Assembly (NCBI RefSeq): GCF_000404225.1
Contig: NC_021353.1
Location: forward strand, 808,371 to 840,370
From: Candidatus Methanomassiliicoccus intestinalis Issoire-Mx1
Lineage (GTDB): Archaea > Thermoplasmatota > Thermoplasmata > Methanomassiliicoccales > Methanomassiliicoccaceae
Length of the DNA: 32,000 bases
Direction: 5' to 3'
Shown piece by piece: positions 1 through 9,900 of this stretch (position 1 is the first letter of the stretch; each line of letters begins with the position of its first letter). The translations under genes and the position numbers were made by a program. Under the pieces are notes generated by a model that saw only the letters and a program-made list of their open reading frames with translations, was not told the DNA's origin and ran no database searches.

Positions 1-43
1 TTTTTGATAAAATTAATAAATTTAAAATAATGAAATGGTTTTT

Positions 44-436
44 TTACCACGGTTTCTGTCCCGTGGTCTGTAATATCTGATTATACTCTTCTGTGATGTT
101 ATATGCGTCATATATCTGCCACACCCAGAAGATCAGGAACACTACTATAAATGGTAAAAGCATAATGGTTGCAAATGATACAATAATTCCAATGATGAAG
201 TATAGCAGTCCCTTTCCAATCTGACCTGCGTAGATAACTCCTGCGCCTGGTATTATAAAAGACAGTATTGCTGCAATACCAGAACTTTTGAGCGGAAGTA
301 TATACTGCGGCGGAACTCCTGCTTGGTATGCACTCTGCGGAGTGCTTTCTATTCTTGCACCACAATTTTTGCAATAGCTTGAACCGTTTTCAATGTCGTT
401 TCCGCATTTTGGGCAAAACATAATCTTCAATTGCAT
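44..436 (-). CDS. Zinc-ribbon plus TM2-like small membrane protein
   Basis: N-terminal FCPKCGNDIENGSSYCKNCG zinc ribbon followed by hydrophobic segments; likely start is the internal Met at 421. Confidence 0.7.
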   Translation of the reverse strand: MQLKIMFCPKCGNDIENGSSYCKNCGARIESTPQSAYQAGVPPQYILPLKSSGIAAILSFIIPGAGVIYAGQIGKGLLYFIIGIIVSFATIMLLPFIVVFLIFWVWQIYDAYNITEEYNQILQTTGQKPW

Positions 437-519
437 AGATTGATCACTTGAGATATAAAAGATAGCTTATGAGTCTATGATTCATAAAAAATAACTAAAA
501 AGTAAAGGAGCGTATTTTT

Positions 520-939
520 TTACCAAGGAGCTCTCCCCGTTTTGTTAAAATACTCTTTATACTCGTTATATTTGACAAATGTTTGCCATATCTGCAGAAG
601 CCACACTATTATGGCCACGATCCACACGAGCTTACCAGGTAACCCTCCGAGCACATACCCAACAGATAATAAGATAATCTCTATGATCAAGAACAACGTG
701 CCATCTTTTAGTTTCTTCATATACATCAGACCGATTCCCGGCACGATTGACAATATTGCACTAATCGCAAAACTTTTTTCATCTCCGTATACTGCCCGTT
801 CTAATTTCTGAAATGTTTTGTTTGTAGAATCCTCCACTTCTCGGCAATCTTCTGTGGCGCCGTTGTGGGTTATATCCTGGGTATGATCTATTTCAGCCAT
901 GGCTGTCACTTTATACACAGTTAGATGTTGAATATGCAC
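520..939 (-). CDS. Small membrane protein paralogous to the neighbouring TM2-like protein
   Basis: SAILSIVPGIGLMY resembles AAILSFIIPGAGVIY of 44..436; both end in TG(Q/R)(K/A)PW; no zinc ribbon. Confidence 0.6.
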   Translation of the reverse strand: MHIQHLTVYKVTAMAEIDHTQDITHNGATEDCREVEDSTNKTFQKLERAVYGDEKSFAISAILSIVPGIGLMYMKKLKDGTLFLIIEIILLSVGYVLGGLPGKLVWIVAIIVWLLQIWQTFVKYNEYKEYFNKTGRAPW

Positions 940-1070
940 ATCTTCTATTCAATTATAAAGACTATTTCTATTGAACTAATCTTTCCAGAAGTGAGATCAA
1001 TCGACTCGTTATTTCTTTTTGCAGTCAAAAAGATTTAAGCCTATCCCGTCATTTAGTCTAATGAGTTTAG

Positions 1071-2042
1071 ATGAATGAGATTTGGATAGAGAAATATCGA
1101 CCTAAGACTTTGAAGGAAGTTGTAGGGCAAACAGATATAGTTGAACGGTTACAATCCTACGTAAATACGAAGAATCTCCCCCACCTTATGTTTGCAGGCC
1201 CTGCCGGTACTGGGAAAACAACCTCTGCCATTGCAATGGCTAGGGAATTATATAGTGATTCTTGGAAAGGTAATTTCAATGAACTCAATGCCTCAGACGA
1301 GAGGGGAATTGATGTTGTCAGAGGTAAGATAAAAGAATTTGCTAGAACAGCTCCAATTGGTGGAGCAGAGTTTAAGATAATTTTCTTAGATGAAGCTGAT
1401 GCCCTTACATCTGATGCGCAGGCTGCTCTAAGAAGAACTATGGAGAAATATAGTAAAATCTGCAGGTTCATCCTATCTTGCAATTACTCTTCAAAGATTA
1501 TTGAACCTATCCAATCGAGATGTGCGGTCTTTCGTTTCCGTCCACTCCGCGCAGAGGACATCAAAACATATCTAGAAACAATTGCACAAAAAGAAGATCT
1601 TACGATCTCTGGAGATGCACTCGATGCATTAGTGCATGTTTCTAATGGTGACATGAGAAAAGCTGTAAACTCTCTTCAAGTTGCTGCATCTCTAGGGACT
1701 ACGATTGATGTCGATCTTGTATATCATACAACCGGCATGGCAAGGCCCGAAGATGTTCAAAGTCTTCTGGAAACTGCAATTTCTGGTGACTTCATAGGCG
1801 CCAGAAATCGGCTGGATGAAATAATGATTTCATATGGTTTATCTGGTGAAGATATTCTCAAACAGATCCATAAAACAATATTTGATCTAGAAATCGAAGA
1901 CTATGAGAAGGTAAGGCTTATCGATCGGACTGGTGAAATAGAATTTAGAATGGTCGAAGGATCAAATGAACGTATCCAACTCGAATCTCTTCTTGCATAT
2001 CTGGTATTGCTGGGTGAGCACAGGGGAGATAGTGCAGATTAA
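1071..2042 (+). CDS. rfcS: Replication factor C small subunit (clamp loader)
   Basis: WIEKYRPKTLKEVVGQ, GPAGTGKTT Walker A, FLDEADALT Walker B, SRCAVFRF. Confidence 0.97.
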   Translation: MNEIWIEKYRPKTLKEVVGQTDIVERLQSYVNTKNLPHLMFAGPAGTGKTTSAIAMARELYSDSWKGNFNELNASDERGIDVVRGKIKEFARTAPIGGAEFKIIFLDEADALTSDAQAALRRTMEKYSKICRFILSCNYSSKIIEPIQSRCAVFRFRPLRAEDIKTYLETIAQKEDLTISGDALDALVHVSNGDMRKAVNSLQVAASLGTTIDVDLVYHTTGMARPEDVQSLLETAISGDFIGARNRLDEIMISYGLSGEDILKQIHKTIFDLEIEDYEKVRLIDRTGEIEFRMVEGSNERIQLESLLAYLVLLGEHRGDSAD

Positions 2043-2050
2043 ATATGCTC

Positions 2051-2069
2051 TGAGCTGATGTTCAGCTCA
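2051..2069. terminator. Bidirectional terminator-like hairpin
   Basis: TGAGCTGA-TGT-TCAGCTCA between convergent genes, followed by a T-rich stretch. Confidence 0.6.
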
Positions 2070-2077
2070 TTCATCTT

Positions 2078-2287
2078 TTATTCAAAATAGAACAATTCTT
2101 CAAATTTTTTATCAAGTGCTATACACATAACTAATGCTAGTTTCGCTGTGGGATTAAATTGTCCAGTTTCTATTGAGCTAATGGTCTGCCTCGAGACTCC
2201 CGTCATATTTGCTAGATCCTCTTGTGTCAGATTTTTCTCGGCTCTTGCTATTTTGAGCCTATTTTTGAGTACGAGTTTTTCATCCAT
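2078..2287 (-). CDS. XRE-family HTH transcriptional regulator, short form
   Basis: LKNRLKIARAEKNLTQEDLANMTGVSRQTISSIETGQFNPTAKLALVMC. Confidence 0.93.
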   Translation of the reverse strand: MDEKLVLKNRLKIARAEKNLTQEDLANMTGVSRQTISSIETGQFNPTAKLALVMCIALDKKFEELFYFE

Positions 2288-2290
2288 TTT

Positions 2291-2632
2291 TCAAATGGCC
2301 TCCATGATATAGCAAATAGCAAATATGATCGTTGCAGCCAGAAGTATCATCCCCATCACTAAAAAGAATTTTTTACTTGGAATTTTTGTATATTTGTATA
2401 TCGACATTGCTGCGCTTCCAGCTGTTAAAATTGACAAGATGTCCATATACGGCTGGTTGATAAAAATCTTAAACAGCATGTATGCAAAAGACAATATTAA
2501 AACGCATAAAAGACCCATGTATGCAGATTCATCATCTATGTGACTCTCTCTTTCATCCATATCCCTATTCTCGTCTCTGCTCAATTCTAAAATCTTTTCT
2601 TTTTCCATTCTGATTACCTGATTTTTAGACAA
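2291..2632 (-). CDS. Membrane protein resembling DUF6442-type partners of XRE regulators
   Basis: N-terminal KEKILELSRDENRDMDERE followed by hydrophobic segments; immediately upstream (3 nt) of the HTH gene in the same orientation. Confidence 0.55.
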   Translation of the reverse strand: MSKNQVIRMEKEKILELSRDENRDMDERESHIDDESAYMGLLCVLILSFAYMLFKIFINQPYMDILSILTAGSAAMSIYKYTKIPSKKFFLVMGMILLAATIIFAICYIMEAI

Positions 2633-2839
2633 TCTATGGCATGTACACTTATCATTTTGTATATTAAACTTGTTAAAAATATAAGTAAACTTGTCATAAT
2701 TATTGATTTTTTTATCTAATCTCTGAGGTTAATGTTTTATCTCCTATTGGATATCATCTAATCTATGCAGGATTCAGCCATATTGCAGATTGCTGGGTGT
2801 TTTTGCGATGCGGGTCTGATGAGATGGCTTCATACTAAT

Positions 2840-2850
2840 CTATTTATATG
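2840..2850 (+). promoter_or_regulatory. Archaeal TATA box for the L40e gene
   Basis: TATTTATATG-type element about 35-40 nt upstream of the ATG at 2882. Confidence 0.4.
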
Positions 2851-2881
2851 ACATCTATCTTCCATAGCCCAGAGGATTTAC

Positions 2882-3031
2882 ATGACACGTTTCAAGGAAG
2901 CTGACGAAAGGCTTCTTAACAAGAAGATCTGCATGAAATGCGACGCACGCAATGCTCCAAAAGCAACTCGTTGCCGCCGCTGTGGATATGATAAGCTTCG
3001 TCCAAAAGCAAAAGAAAGCAGAAAAGCTTGA
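2882..3031 (+). CDS. rpl40e: 50S ribosomal protein L40e (missing from the supplied ORF track)
   Basis: My translation: [49 protein letters not shown], 49 aa with four zinc-binding Cys. Confidence 0.96.
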   Translation: MTRFKEADERLLNKKICMKCDARNAPKATRCRRCGYDKLRPKAKESRKA

Positions 3032-3045
3032 TTTGAGCTTTATTC

Positions 3046-3060
3046 AGGGGCTTGCCCCCT
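3046..3060 (+). terminator. Hairpin terminator after L40e
   Basis: AGGGGC-TT-GCCCCCT followed by CTTTTT. Confidence 0.65.
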
Positions 3061-3185
3061 CTTTTTAAATTTTGCTTATCTATTTTAGTTTATACTTTAT
3101 ATGTTTTGTTTTTACAATTTTTCTTTTCAGTATGCATTAATTAATATCCGGTGAGTATATTCTATAATCATTTGGAGTTGAATAA

Positions 3186-4463
3186 ATGTCATCACCTATT
3201 ACTCGTGTATGGGCCAGAGAAGTGTTGGACTCAAGAGGAAATCCAACAGTTGAAGCTGAAATTACAGCAGGCAAAGACTGTGTGTCTGCCATAGCCCCTT
3301 CGGGTGCATCTACAGGTTCTCACGAAGCATTGGAGCTCAGAGATGGAGATGCACGTTACAATGGAAAAGGCGTTATGAAGGCTGTAAATAATGTCCGTTT
3401 TTCTATCTCAAAGGTCATCGAAGGAATGGATGTTCAAAATCTTAAGGCTATAGACAATGCCATGATCTCTGCAGATGGAACTCCCAACAAAAGCAAATTT
3501 GGGGCAAATGCAACCGTTGCAGTTTCCCTGGCTGTTGCAAAAGCCGGTGCCATATCAAAAGGTGTTGAGCTTCATGAATATCTTTCACCGGGAAGTTACA
3601 TTCTGCCAGTACCTATGATGAACATCCTTAATGGCGGGAAACATGCAGGCAGCAACCTGAAGATTCAAGAATTCATGATTTCTCCTGCTGGAGCAGCAAC
3701 ATTTGCCGATGCTTTAAGAATGGGAGCAGAAGTCTATCATGAGCTGAAAAGCCTTCTTAAAAAGTCATATGGTGTGAGTGCAATAAATATTGGTGACGAA
3801 GGTGGGTTTGCACCTGCACTGGATACGACACCAGAGGCTATGAATATCATCATGGATGCTATAGAAGGTGCAGGTTATGCGCCTGGCAGAGATGTATATA
3901 TGGCCATGGATGCCGCAGCTTCTGAATTCTATGCTGATGGGAGCTACACATTAGATGGCAAAACCCTAAATGCAGGCGAACTTGTTGATTTCTACGCTGA
4001 TTTATCCAGATCTTACCCTTTGATAAGTCTGGAAGATCCAGTAATGGAAGACGATTTCGAAACCATGACTGAGATGACTAAAAAACTAGGCTCAAAACTG
4101 CAACTGGTAGGAGACGATCTTTTTGTTACCAATACAGAAAGGCTCCGCAGGGGAATAGAAGCAGATGCTGGTAATGCCCTGCTGCTCAAGGTCAACCAAA
4201 TAGGAACGGTCTCAGAGGCCATCGAAGCTGCAGAGCTTGCTCTAAAATCTAATTATGCAGTCATGGTAAGCCATAGATCTGGAGAATCAGAAGACACCTC
4301 AATTGCAGACATTGCTGTTGCACTGGGATGCGGGCAGATTAAGACAGGTGCACCTGCCAGGGGTGAAAGAACTTCAAAATACAACAGGCTGTTGCGCATT
4401 GAAGAAAAATTGGGTCAGAGTGCAAAATATGCAGGTAAGTCTGCATTTGCCGCTTTGAAATGA
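3186..4463 (+). CDS. eno: Enolase (phosphopyruvate hydratase)
   Basis: ITRVWAREVLDSRGNPTVEAE, GASTGSHEALELRDGD, SLEDPVMEDDFETM, KVNQIGTVSEAIEA, VSHRSGESED. Confidence 0.98.
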   Translation: MSSPITRVWAREVLDSRGNPTVEAEITAGKDCVSAIAPSGASTGSHEALELRDGDARYNGKGVMKAVNNVRFSISKVIEGMDVQNLKAIDNAMISADGTPNKSKFGANATVAVSLAVAKAGAISKGVELHEYLSPGSYILPVPMMNILNGGKHAGSNLKIQEFMISPAGAATFADALRMGAEVYHELKSLLKKSYGVSAINIGDEGGFAPALDTTPEAMNIIMDAIEGAGYAPGRDVYMAMDAAASEFYADGSYTLDGKTLNAGELVDFYADLSRSYPLISLEDPVMEDDFETMTEMTKKLGSKLQLVGDDLFVTNTERLRRGIEADAGNALLLKVNQIGTVSEAIEAAELALKSNYAVMVSHRSGESEDTSIADIAVALGCGQIKTGAPARGERTSKYNRLLRIEEKLGQSAKYAGKSAFAALK

Positions 4464-4472
4464 AACATTTGG

Positions 4473-4489
4473 CTGGTAATCTACCAGCT
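4473..4489 (+). terminator. Hairpin terminator after eno
   Basis: GCTGGTA-ATC-TACCAGC followed by TTTTATTTTTCTTT. Confidence 0.65.
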
Positions 4490-4624
4490 TTTATTTTTCT
4501 TTAAATTTTTAAGATCAGAGGCACATATTAGGTCTAGATCCTGACTACTCCACATTCATCCAATATGTGAAAAGCTCACCAAAACCTATTTACTGTAAGT
4601 TCTTTTAGGATCCGGGACAAAAAT

Positions 4625-5815
4625 ATGAAACCGCGATACTTTACCGCGACTGATGATGACATCAATGCATGCAGGACTACTGACATTTATTTTGTGCGTA
4701 CTATGGAAATTTTAAAATCCAGAGGCATGCTTGATGAGAGAGCCTTTGCAGAGATGACTGTAGGATCACTGCCTGGCTGTTGGAAGTGGGGAGTATTCTG
4801 TGGCCTCGAAGAGGCACTGCGCTTTATGGAGGGCAGGGATGTTGACATATATGGGGTTCCAGAAGGCACAATCTTTCCTTCAAGAACTCAGAGTGGGCTT
4901 AAACTTCCTCTTTTGAGTCTGGATGGAAAATATTCTGAATATTGTATGCCTGAAAGTCCCATGCTTGGTTTCATGTGTCATTCTACGGGTGTAGCAACAA
5001 TGGCTGCAAGATGCAGGATTGCCGCTGAAGACAAACCTATGATGGCATTTGGTGTGAGGCGATCTCACCCAGCAATCAGCCCTATGCTTGATCGATCATC
5101 ATACATTGGAGGTTGCGATGGTGTGTCTTCTTTGATGGGTGCTGAACTTATCGGTGAAGAACCAAACGGCACAATGCCTCATGCATTAATCGTGATGATG
5201 GGTTCTTCAAAACTTGCATTTGCAGCGTTTGATGAGATAATAGATTCTTCAGTACAGCGTATTGCACTTGCCGACACATATTCTGATGAAAAATCAGAAG
5301 CGGTTATGGCAGCTGAAACAATAAAAGACCTATATGGAATACGCTTGGATACTCCAGCTTCCAGAAGAGGGTCATTCTCTGAGATAATAAAAGAAGTCAG
5401 ATGGGAACTGGATATTCGTGGATTTACGGATGTAAAGATCATAGTTTCTGGCGGTCTAGATGAAACATCAATTCCAGATTTAGTTAGAGCGGGAGTAGAT
5501 GGCTTTGGTGTAGGAACTTCCATATCAAATGCTCCGACTGTGGATTTTGCATTAGATATTGTGGAGAAAGATGGAAAGCCTGTTGCTAAACGCGGTAAAC
5601 TCGGCGGTAAAAAATATGTATTCAGATGTCCAGACTGCAACTCCTGGGAAATTTCTCCAAATGAATCAGACATTCCCGTATGCCTCTGCTGTGGATCTGA
5701 CATGAAACCTGCTTTTGAAAAGCTAATGGAAAATGGAAAAAGGATTTATGGTGAAAGATCTCCAAAAGAAATAAGAGCGTATGTTCTTAAGCAGCTGGAG
5801 ACAATGGAATTATGA
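4625..5815 (+). CDS. Nicotinate phosphoribosyltransferase, archaeal type with C-terminal zinc ribbon
   Basis: FGVRRSHPAISPMLDRSSYIGGCDGVS, ELIGEEPNGTMPHAL, VSGGLDETSI, GVGTSIS; C-terminal CPDC...CLCC. Confidence 0.9.
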   Translation: MKPRYFTATDDDINACRTTDIYFVRTMEILKSRGMLDERAFAEMTVGSLPGCWKWGVFCGLEEALRFMEGRDVDIYGVPEGTIFPSRTQSGLKLPLLSLDGKYSEYCMPESPMLGFMCHSTGVATMAARCRIAAEDKPMMAFGVRRSHPAISPMLDRSSYIGGCDGVSSLMGAELIGEEPNGTMPHALIVMMGSSKLAFAAFDEIIDSSVQRIALADTYSDEKSEAVMAAETIKDLYGIRLDTPASRRGSFSEIIKEVRWELDIRGFTDVKIIVSGGLDETSIPDLVRAGVDGFGVGTSISNAPTVDFALDIVEKDGKPVAKRGKLGGKKYVFRCPDCNSWEISPNESDIPVCLCCGSDMKPAFEKLMENGKRIYGERSPKEIRAYVLKQLETMEL

Positions 5816-6237
5816 ATTCGGAAAAAGGTCCGGTCGTAATATCAAGGGAAGAGGGATACAGGTTTAGAATATCATTCTCTTCGAATAAAATCGAAGACAT
5901 ACATATGGATGAACCCGAGCCTCTTGGTACTGGAAACTTTCCTAATGCCGGAAAACTTCTTGCAGCGGCTGTAGGGAACTGTCTCTGTGCGTCTCTTACA
6001 TTTTGTCTTGAAAAATCTAGATTGGACTGCTCTAACATCTGTGCAGAAGTTATGACGCATGCTGAGCGTAATGATGATAATAAAATTAGGATAACTGGAA
6101 TAGATGTGCACATCGTCCATGGCATAGATGATTGTCCTAAGCTCCGCCATTGCTTGGATGTTTTTGAAGATTACTGTACAGTTAGCCGGAGTGTTGCTGA
6201 AGGAATCAAAGTTTCAGTCATAACTTCAAAGGATTAG
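5812..6237 (+). CDS. OsmC-family protein
   Basis: EPEPLGTGNFPNAGKLLAAAVGNCLCASLTFCLEKS pattern; ATGA overlap with the upstream gene. Confidence 0.8.
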   Translation: MNSEKGPVVISREEGYRFRISFSSNKIEDIHMDEPEPLGTGNFPNAGKLLAAAVGNCLCASLTFCLEKSRLDCSNICAEVMTHAERNDDNKIRITGIDVHIVHGIDDCPKLRHCLDVFEDYCTVSRSVAEGIKVSVITSKD

Positions 6238-6380
6238 AAATGTTAATCATGATTAGATGGGAGAAGGTTCTACATCCATTGATTAACTGCACTGGCTCTT
6301 ATGATTTTAGGTATGATTTTTAATTAATACTGAAAATCTCCGTCCGAGTACATCTAAAAGTGGATTATATAAAAATATAA

Positions 6381-6402
6381 AAGAGGCTTAAAAGCCTCTT
6401 TG
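6381..6402 (-). terminator. Terminator-like hairpin spanning the ABC permease stop codon
   Basis: AAGAGGCTT-AA-AAGCCTCTT; minus-strand read continues into TTTTATATTTTTATATAA; TAA stop at 6390..6388 lies inside. Confidence 0.6.
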
Positions 6403-7194
6403 TTTGTAGATCAATGATGCAATGAATGATACAAACACTCCCCATGTAACCATGACCATTGCTGAAAGCGCTGGATCAGCCACATAATACCATGAAGATC
6501 TTATGGCATCATCATACATCAATGCTGCAGAGGCGCCGTTTAGCACAGTAATGATGCTGCCTGATGAATATGTGATGCTGAACCAAGGTTCGATTCCATT
6601 TCCGGAAAATAATTGAGAGATCCAGTTTCCCACTATCAGCAGAACTATGATCGTTACAGATGTAGCTGTATTGCTTTTCTTGAAGTATGAGCTGAATAGC
6701 AATGCAATACCAGTTGCTCCGAATATGTACGTGATCATTAATCCAAGTGATACCCAGATCTTGCCATATATTGAGCCGGTTATTATGTATGACATTATTG
6801 CTACTATCACATAATATATGATTATCACGAACGTTGATGTTATAAATCCTGCCAGAAATTTTCCGGCGAATATGGATTCTTTTTTGATAGGTCTTGTGAA
6901 TAGTAGTAAACCAGTTCTTTCTTCATATTCTGAAACCAAGAGACCGGATGAGAATATGGTTACAGCAACTATCGCTAAGATTGTTATAAATCGCAGATAT
7001 AGTGTGATAAAATCTTTAGATTCTGAAGGAAATTTTATCTCAGACAGTGTAAATATCAGATAAATCCCTGCGATTATTGCTATCATCAGCACTATGAATC
7101 CAACTAATTTTTTTCCTTTTATGTATTTATGAAACTCTTGATTCATAACGACACTGGTCTGTCTCAAATCATCAATAAATTCAGACAGCATCAT
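6388..7194 (-). CDS. ABC-2 type transporter permease
   Basis: About six hydrophobic segments; LLISEYEERTGLLLFTRPIKKESIFAGKF-like ABC-2 motif; overlaps the ATPase gene by 4 nt. Confidence 0.85.
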   Translation of the reverse strand: MMLSEFIDDLRQTSVVMNQEFHKYIKGKKLVGFIVLMIAIIAGIYLIFTLSEIKFPSESKDFITLYLRFITILAIVAVTIFSSGLLVSEYEERTGLLLFTRPIKKESIFAGKFLAGFITSTFVIIIYYVIVAIMSYIITGSIYGKIWVSLGLMITYIFGATGIALLFSSYFKKSNTATSVTIIVLLIVGNWISQLFSGNGIEPWFSITYSSGSIITVLNGASAALMYDDAIRSSWYYVADPALSAMVMVTWGVFVSFIASLIYKQRGF

Positions 7195-8135
7195 ATCGAC
7201 TCCTTTACAAGATCTAAATATGACGTTTCAAGACTGTTTTCAGAACTGGAAAAACTGTATACATATATATTTAAAGCTCCTATCTCACTGAGAAGCTGCG
7301 CCTGTTCACCCAGCCCGCCTTTCAAAATTATTTCAACGTCATTTTTCCCTGCATACTCTACATCTGTCACATTGCTCAAATTTTTTATTTTTTCTAGAAT
7401 ATCTGCATTTGGCTCATCTATAAGTTTAATCTCTATTTTCCGCGTTCCTTTCGTCCCGATTACATTTGAGAGATCATCGTTAACAATGAGTTTTCCACGG
7501 CTGACCATCGCAACTCTATCGCACAAATCGTTTACTTCATGAAGCATGTGCGAACTCATCAAAATAGTGAGACTCTCTTTTTTTCTCAGCTCTTTTAGGA
7601 TCTCTCTGATCTCAGCCATTCCTCTTGGATCTAGGCCGGATGTAGGCTCATCGAGAATGATAATACTTGGACTATTGATTAATGATTGTCCCAAGGCTAC
7701 TCTTTGCCTCATTCCCTTTGAAAATGTTCCAAGTTTTTTATCGGCCCATTCACTCATCTTTATCTTTTCAAGAATCTCATCCGTTTCTGTAGCTATGCTC
7801 TCGTTGGACATTCCAAGAATCTTACCAATATATCTGAATGTTTCGCGCGGAGTCAAATACGTGTAGAATTCTGGTGTTTCAACAACTGTTCCAACGTTCT
7901 TCAAGGCATTTTTTGGATGAAGTTCAACATCATATCCATCCAGATAAACTGATCCAGATGTGGCTCTGGTGAGATTGGATAATATCTTTAATGTAGTGCT
8001 TTTTCCTGCGCCATTTGGCCCAAGCATGCCGGTAAAGCTGTTCTTCTTTACAGAAAAGGTAAGATCATCAACTGCTACGAATTTTCCATATGTCTTGGTT
8101 AATTTTTCAATGACAATTGGGTCTTCATGCGTCAC
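7191..8135 (-). CDS. ABC transporter ATP-binding protein
   Basis: Walker [10 protein letters not shown], signature FSKGMRQRV, Walker B IIILDEPTSGLD. Confidence 0.95.
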   Translation of the reverse strand: MTHEDPIVIEKLTKTYGKFVAVDDLTFSVKKNSFTGMLGPNGAGKSTTLKILSNLTRATSGSVYLDGYDVELHPKNALKNVGTVVETPEFYTYLTPRETFRYIGKILGMSNESIATETDEILEKIKMSEWADKKLGTFSKGMRQRVALGQSLINSPSIIILDEPTSGLDPRGMAEIREILKELRKKESLTILMSSHMLHEVNDLCDRVAMVSRGKLIVNDDLSNVIGTKGTRKIEIKLIDEPNADILEKIKNLSNVTDVEYAGKNDVEIILKGGLGEQAQLLSEIGALNIYVYSFSSSENSLETSYLDLVKESI

Positions 8136-9220
8136 AAGCTCACCTCGGCAGATTCAAAACTGAATGTTATTGACGTAGGGTATGGATCCACGCGCCATTC
8201 ATACTTATATAAAGATACATTCCCTTCAATCGTCATCTTTTTAAGGGTATCTCCATCATCGTCATATTTTGAGCTTATTTTATACTCTATAGTATGCATA
8301 TCAAGGTCTTTATCGATATATGAGTAATTTACAGAATACTCATATTGAAAATCGGCAAGTCTATCATCGACCGTTTCATAATGTTTTGAATTGCCTAAAT
8401 GATCACCTTCTATGCATGGTACATACATAATCAGGCATGTTTCATCAGTGTTGGAATTATTATCTAACGTCAGTGTGATCTCTTTGTACATACCATATGA
8501 ATTGAGATACGCATTCGTTAAAAATTTAGTATTTGATATAGTTTTTATAGATATAGTTTCAGAATAGTATTTATTCGTAGCATCCTGGGAATCACTCATG
8601 TATATCTTTTCGTTTCCACTCATCTGAATATTTTGTATCTCTCCTATTTCCCCAATTTCATATTTTCCTTCGGTGACTGATGCTCTGTCTAAGTCTGCTG
8701 TTATTGATATGTCAGCAATAGTCTGTTTAGAATCAATTTGTGCTAGGCTATGGATCTGGCAGTCAATTCTATAAATTAAAGGTGCATCTATCCCGATATA
8801 GTATGTATAAACTTGTTCAGTTAACGGGCTGACATACTCATAAACATTGCATCTAAAATTTTTATCTTCTACACTGACATTTTCCACTCCTTTGTATCCT
8901 GATCCATCTGGAGTTAAGTTTCCAGCATCAAGCCACATAAACTCATTTTGTTTATGTGTATAGATATCGATGTCTTTAGAAAAAGCAGATTGAAGAGTAA
9001 ATATGGAATATATTTTTTCATCAGATATAAATAGTAAAGACTGATATGCATATCCACTATCTATTTTATATGTCTGGCCATTGTCCGTATCCTTAATTTC
9101 ACCTGAAACTTTAAAAATCATATCTGCACTAGTATCTGATTGCCCATTTGGTATGATCTGCATTTCTGATTCCAGCGTGTTATGGTATGCAGAAAGACCA
9201 GCAATAATTACAATCAGCAA
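8132..9220 (-). CDS. Membrane-anchored exported protein of the ABC cassette; N-terminus unresolved
   Basis: N-terminal hydrophobic anchor plus large polar domain; the open frame extends upstream of the TTG at 9220 to about 9320 with no ATG/GTG/TTG. Confidence 0.65.
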   Translation of the reverse strand: MLIVIIAGLSAYHNTLESEMQIIPNGQSDTSADMIFKVSGEIKDTDNGQTYKIDSGYAYQSLLFISDEKIYSIFTLQSAFSKDIDIYTHKQNEFMWLDAGNLTPDGSGYKGVENVSVEDKNFRCNVYEYVSPLTEQVYTYYIGIDAPLIYRIDCQIHSLAQIDSKQTIADISITADLDRASVTEGKYEIGEIGEIQNIQMSGNEKIYMSDSQDATNKYYSETISIKTISNTKFLTNAYLNSYGMYKEITLTLDNNSNTDETCLIMYVPCIEGDHLGNSKHYETVDDRLADFQYEYSVNYSYIDKDLDMHTIEYKISSKYDDDGDTLKKMTIEGNVSLYKYEWRVDPYPTSITFSFESAEVSL

Positions 9221-9694
9221 AACAACAGCAACAATTAATGAAATTATTTTGTTCTTTGCCTTTTTAACTTTTTCATTAATTGCATCACCCCCATAATTTC
9301 TGAAAGGGGTATTGTTTACATACTATTTATACAGTATTATAGATTTTTATAGCTTATATCATGCATAAATTTTCAGTAGATTATTACTGTTATTAATCAG
9401 TGTATATGCAACATTGCTGATGATATTGTTACTTATGGCTTTGTGGTCATACATTGAAACTATAGTTAACATTTTATGATCTGCGGGCTAGATAAAAACA
9501 CACCACTTGATTTAAAATATCATCCAATCTGCTTGCAATCTGACTCTTCTTAAAATCTAAAATCTATATGTAGAATATTTTGAGCAAATCTTTATATTGA
9601 GTCCCTCAATAGTTTCGTTCTCGTTTCAGTACTAGACACCCTTGTTGCAATATTTCAGCATGCTTGTTTAACACTGAAGGACGGTCAGACAGAT

Positions 9695-9895
9695 ATGTTC
9701 GGTCCATATTTAATAGGCAAAGTACTGTGCGACTGTGGCGAATTGGCAGATTTGGATGAAGAGGTAATCCTTAGAAAAAAGCTCTTAGGCAAATCAGTTG
9801 AATGTAGAGCCTGTCGAAATAGGAGAATTGCCGAAGAACTTGAGATTGATAATGAAAATTCTGAATCTTCTGATAATTTTTATAGTGATTGCTAA
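9695..9895 (+). CDS. Small four-cysteine (CxC...CxxC) protein
   Basis: MFGPYLIGKVLCDCGELADLDEEVILRKKLLGKSVECRACRNRRIAEELE...; directly upstream of the GTPase gene. Confidence 0.6.
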   Translation: MFGPYLIGKVLCDCGELADLDEEVILRKKLLGKSVECRACRNRRIAEELEIDNENSESSDNFYSDC

Positions 9896-9900
9896 CATTC

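Noticed and set aside
2306-2327. Repeated TAGCAAAT words also seen at 28981
   Set aside because: Short AT-rich words, consistent with chance.
5179-5703. 174-aa minus-strand ORF inside the nicotinate phosphoribosyltransferase gene
   Set aside because: Antisense of a well-supported enzyme with diagnostic motifs.
7191-8135. Possibility that the first ABC cassette is a bacteriocin or immunity system
   Set aside because: No precursor peptide, modification enzyme or peptidase domain nearby; only generic ABC-2 export is supported.
9301-9690. AT-rich gap considered as a hidden RNA gene or CRISPR leader
   Set aside because: No repeat array or strong stem found; best explained as divergent promoters.
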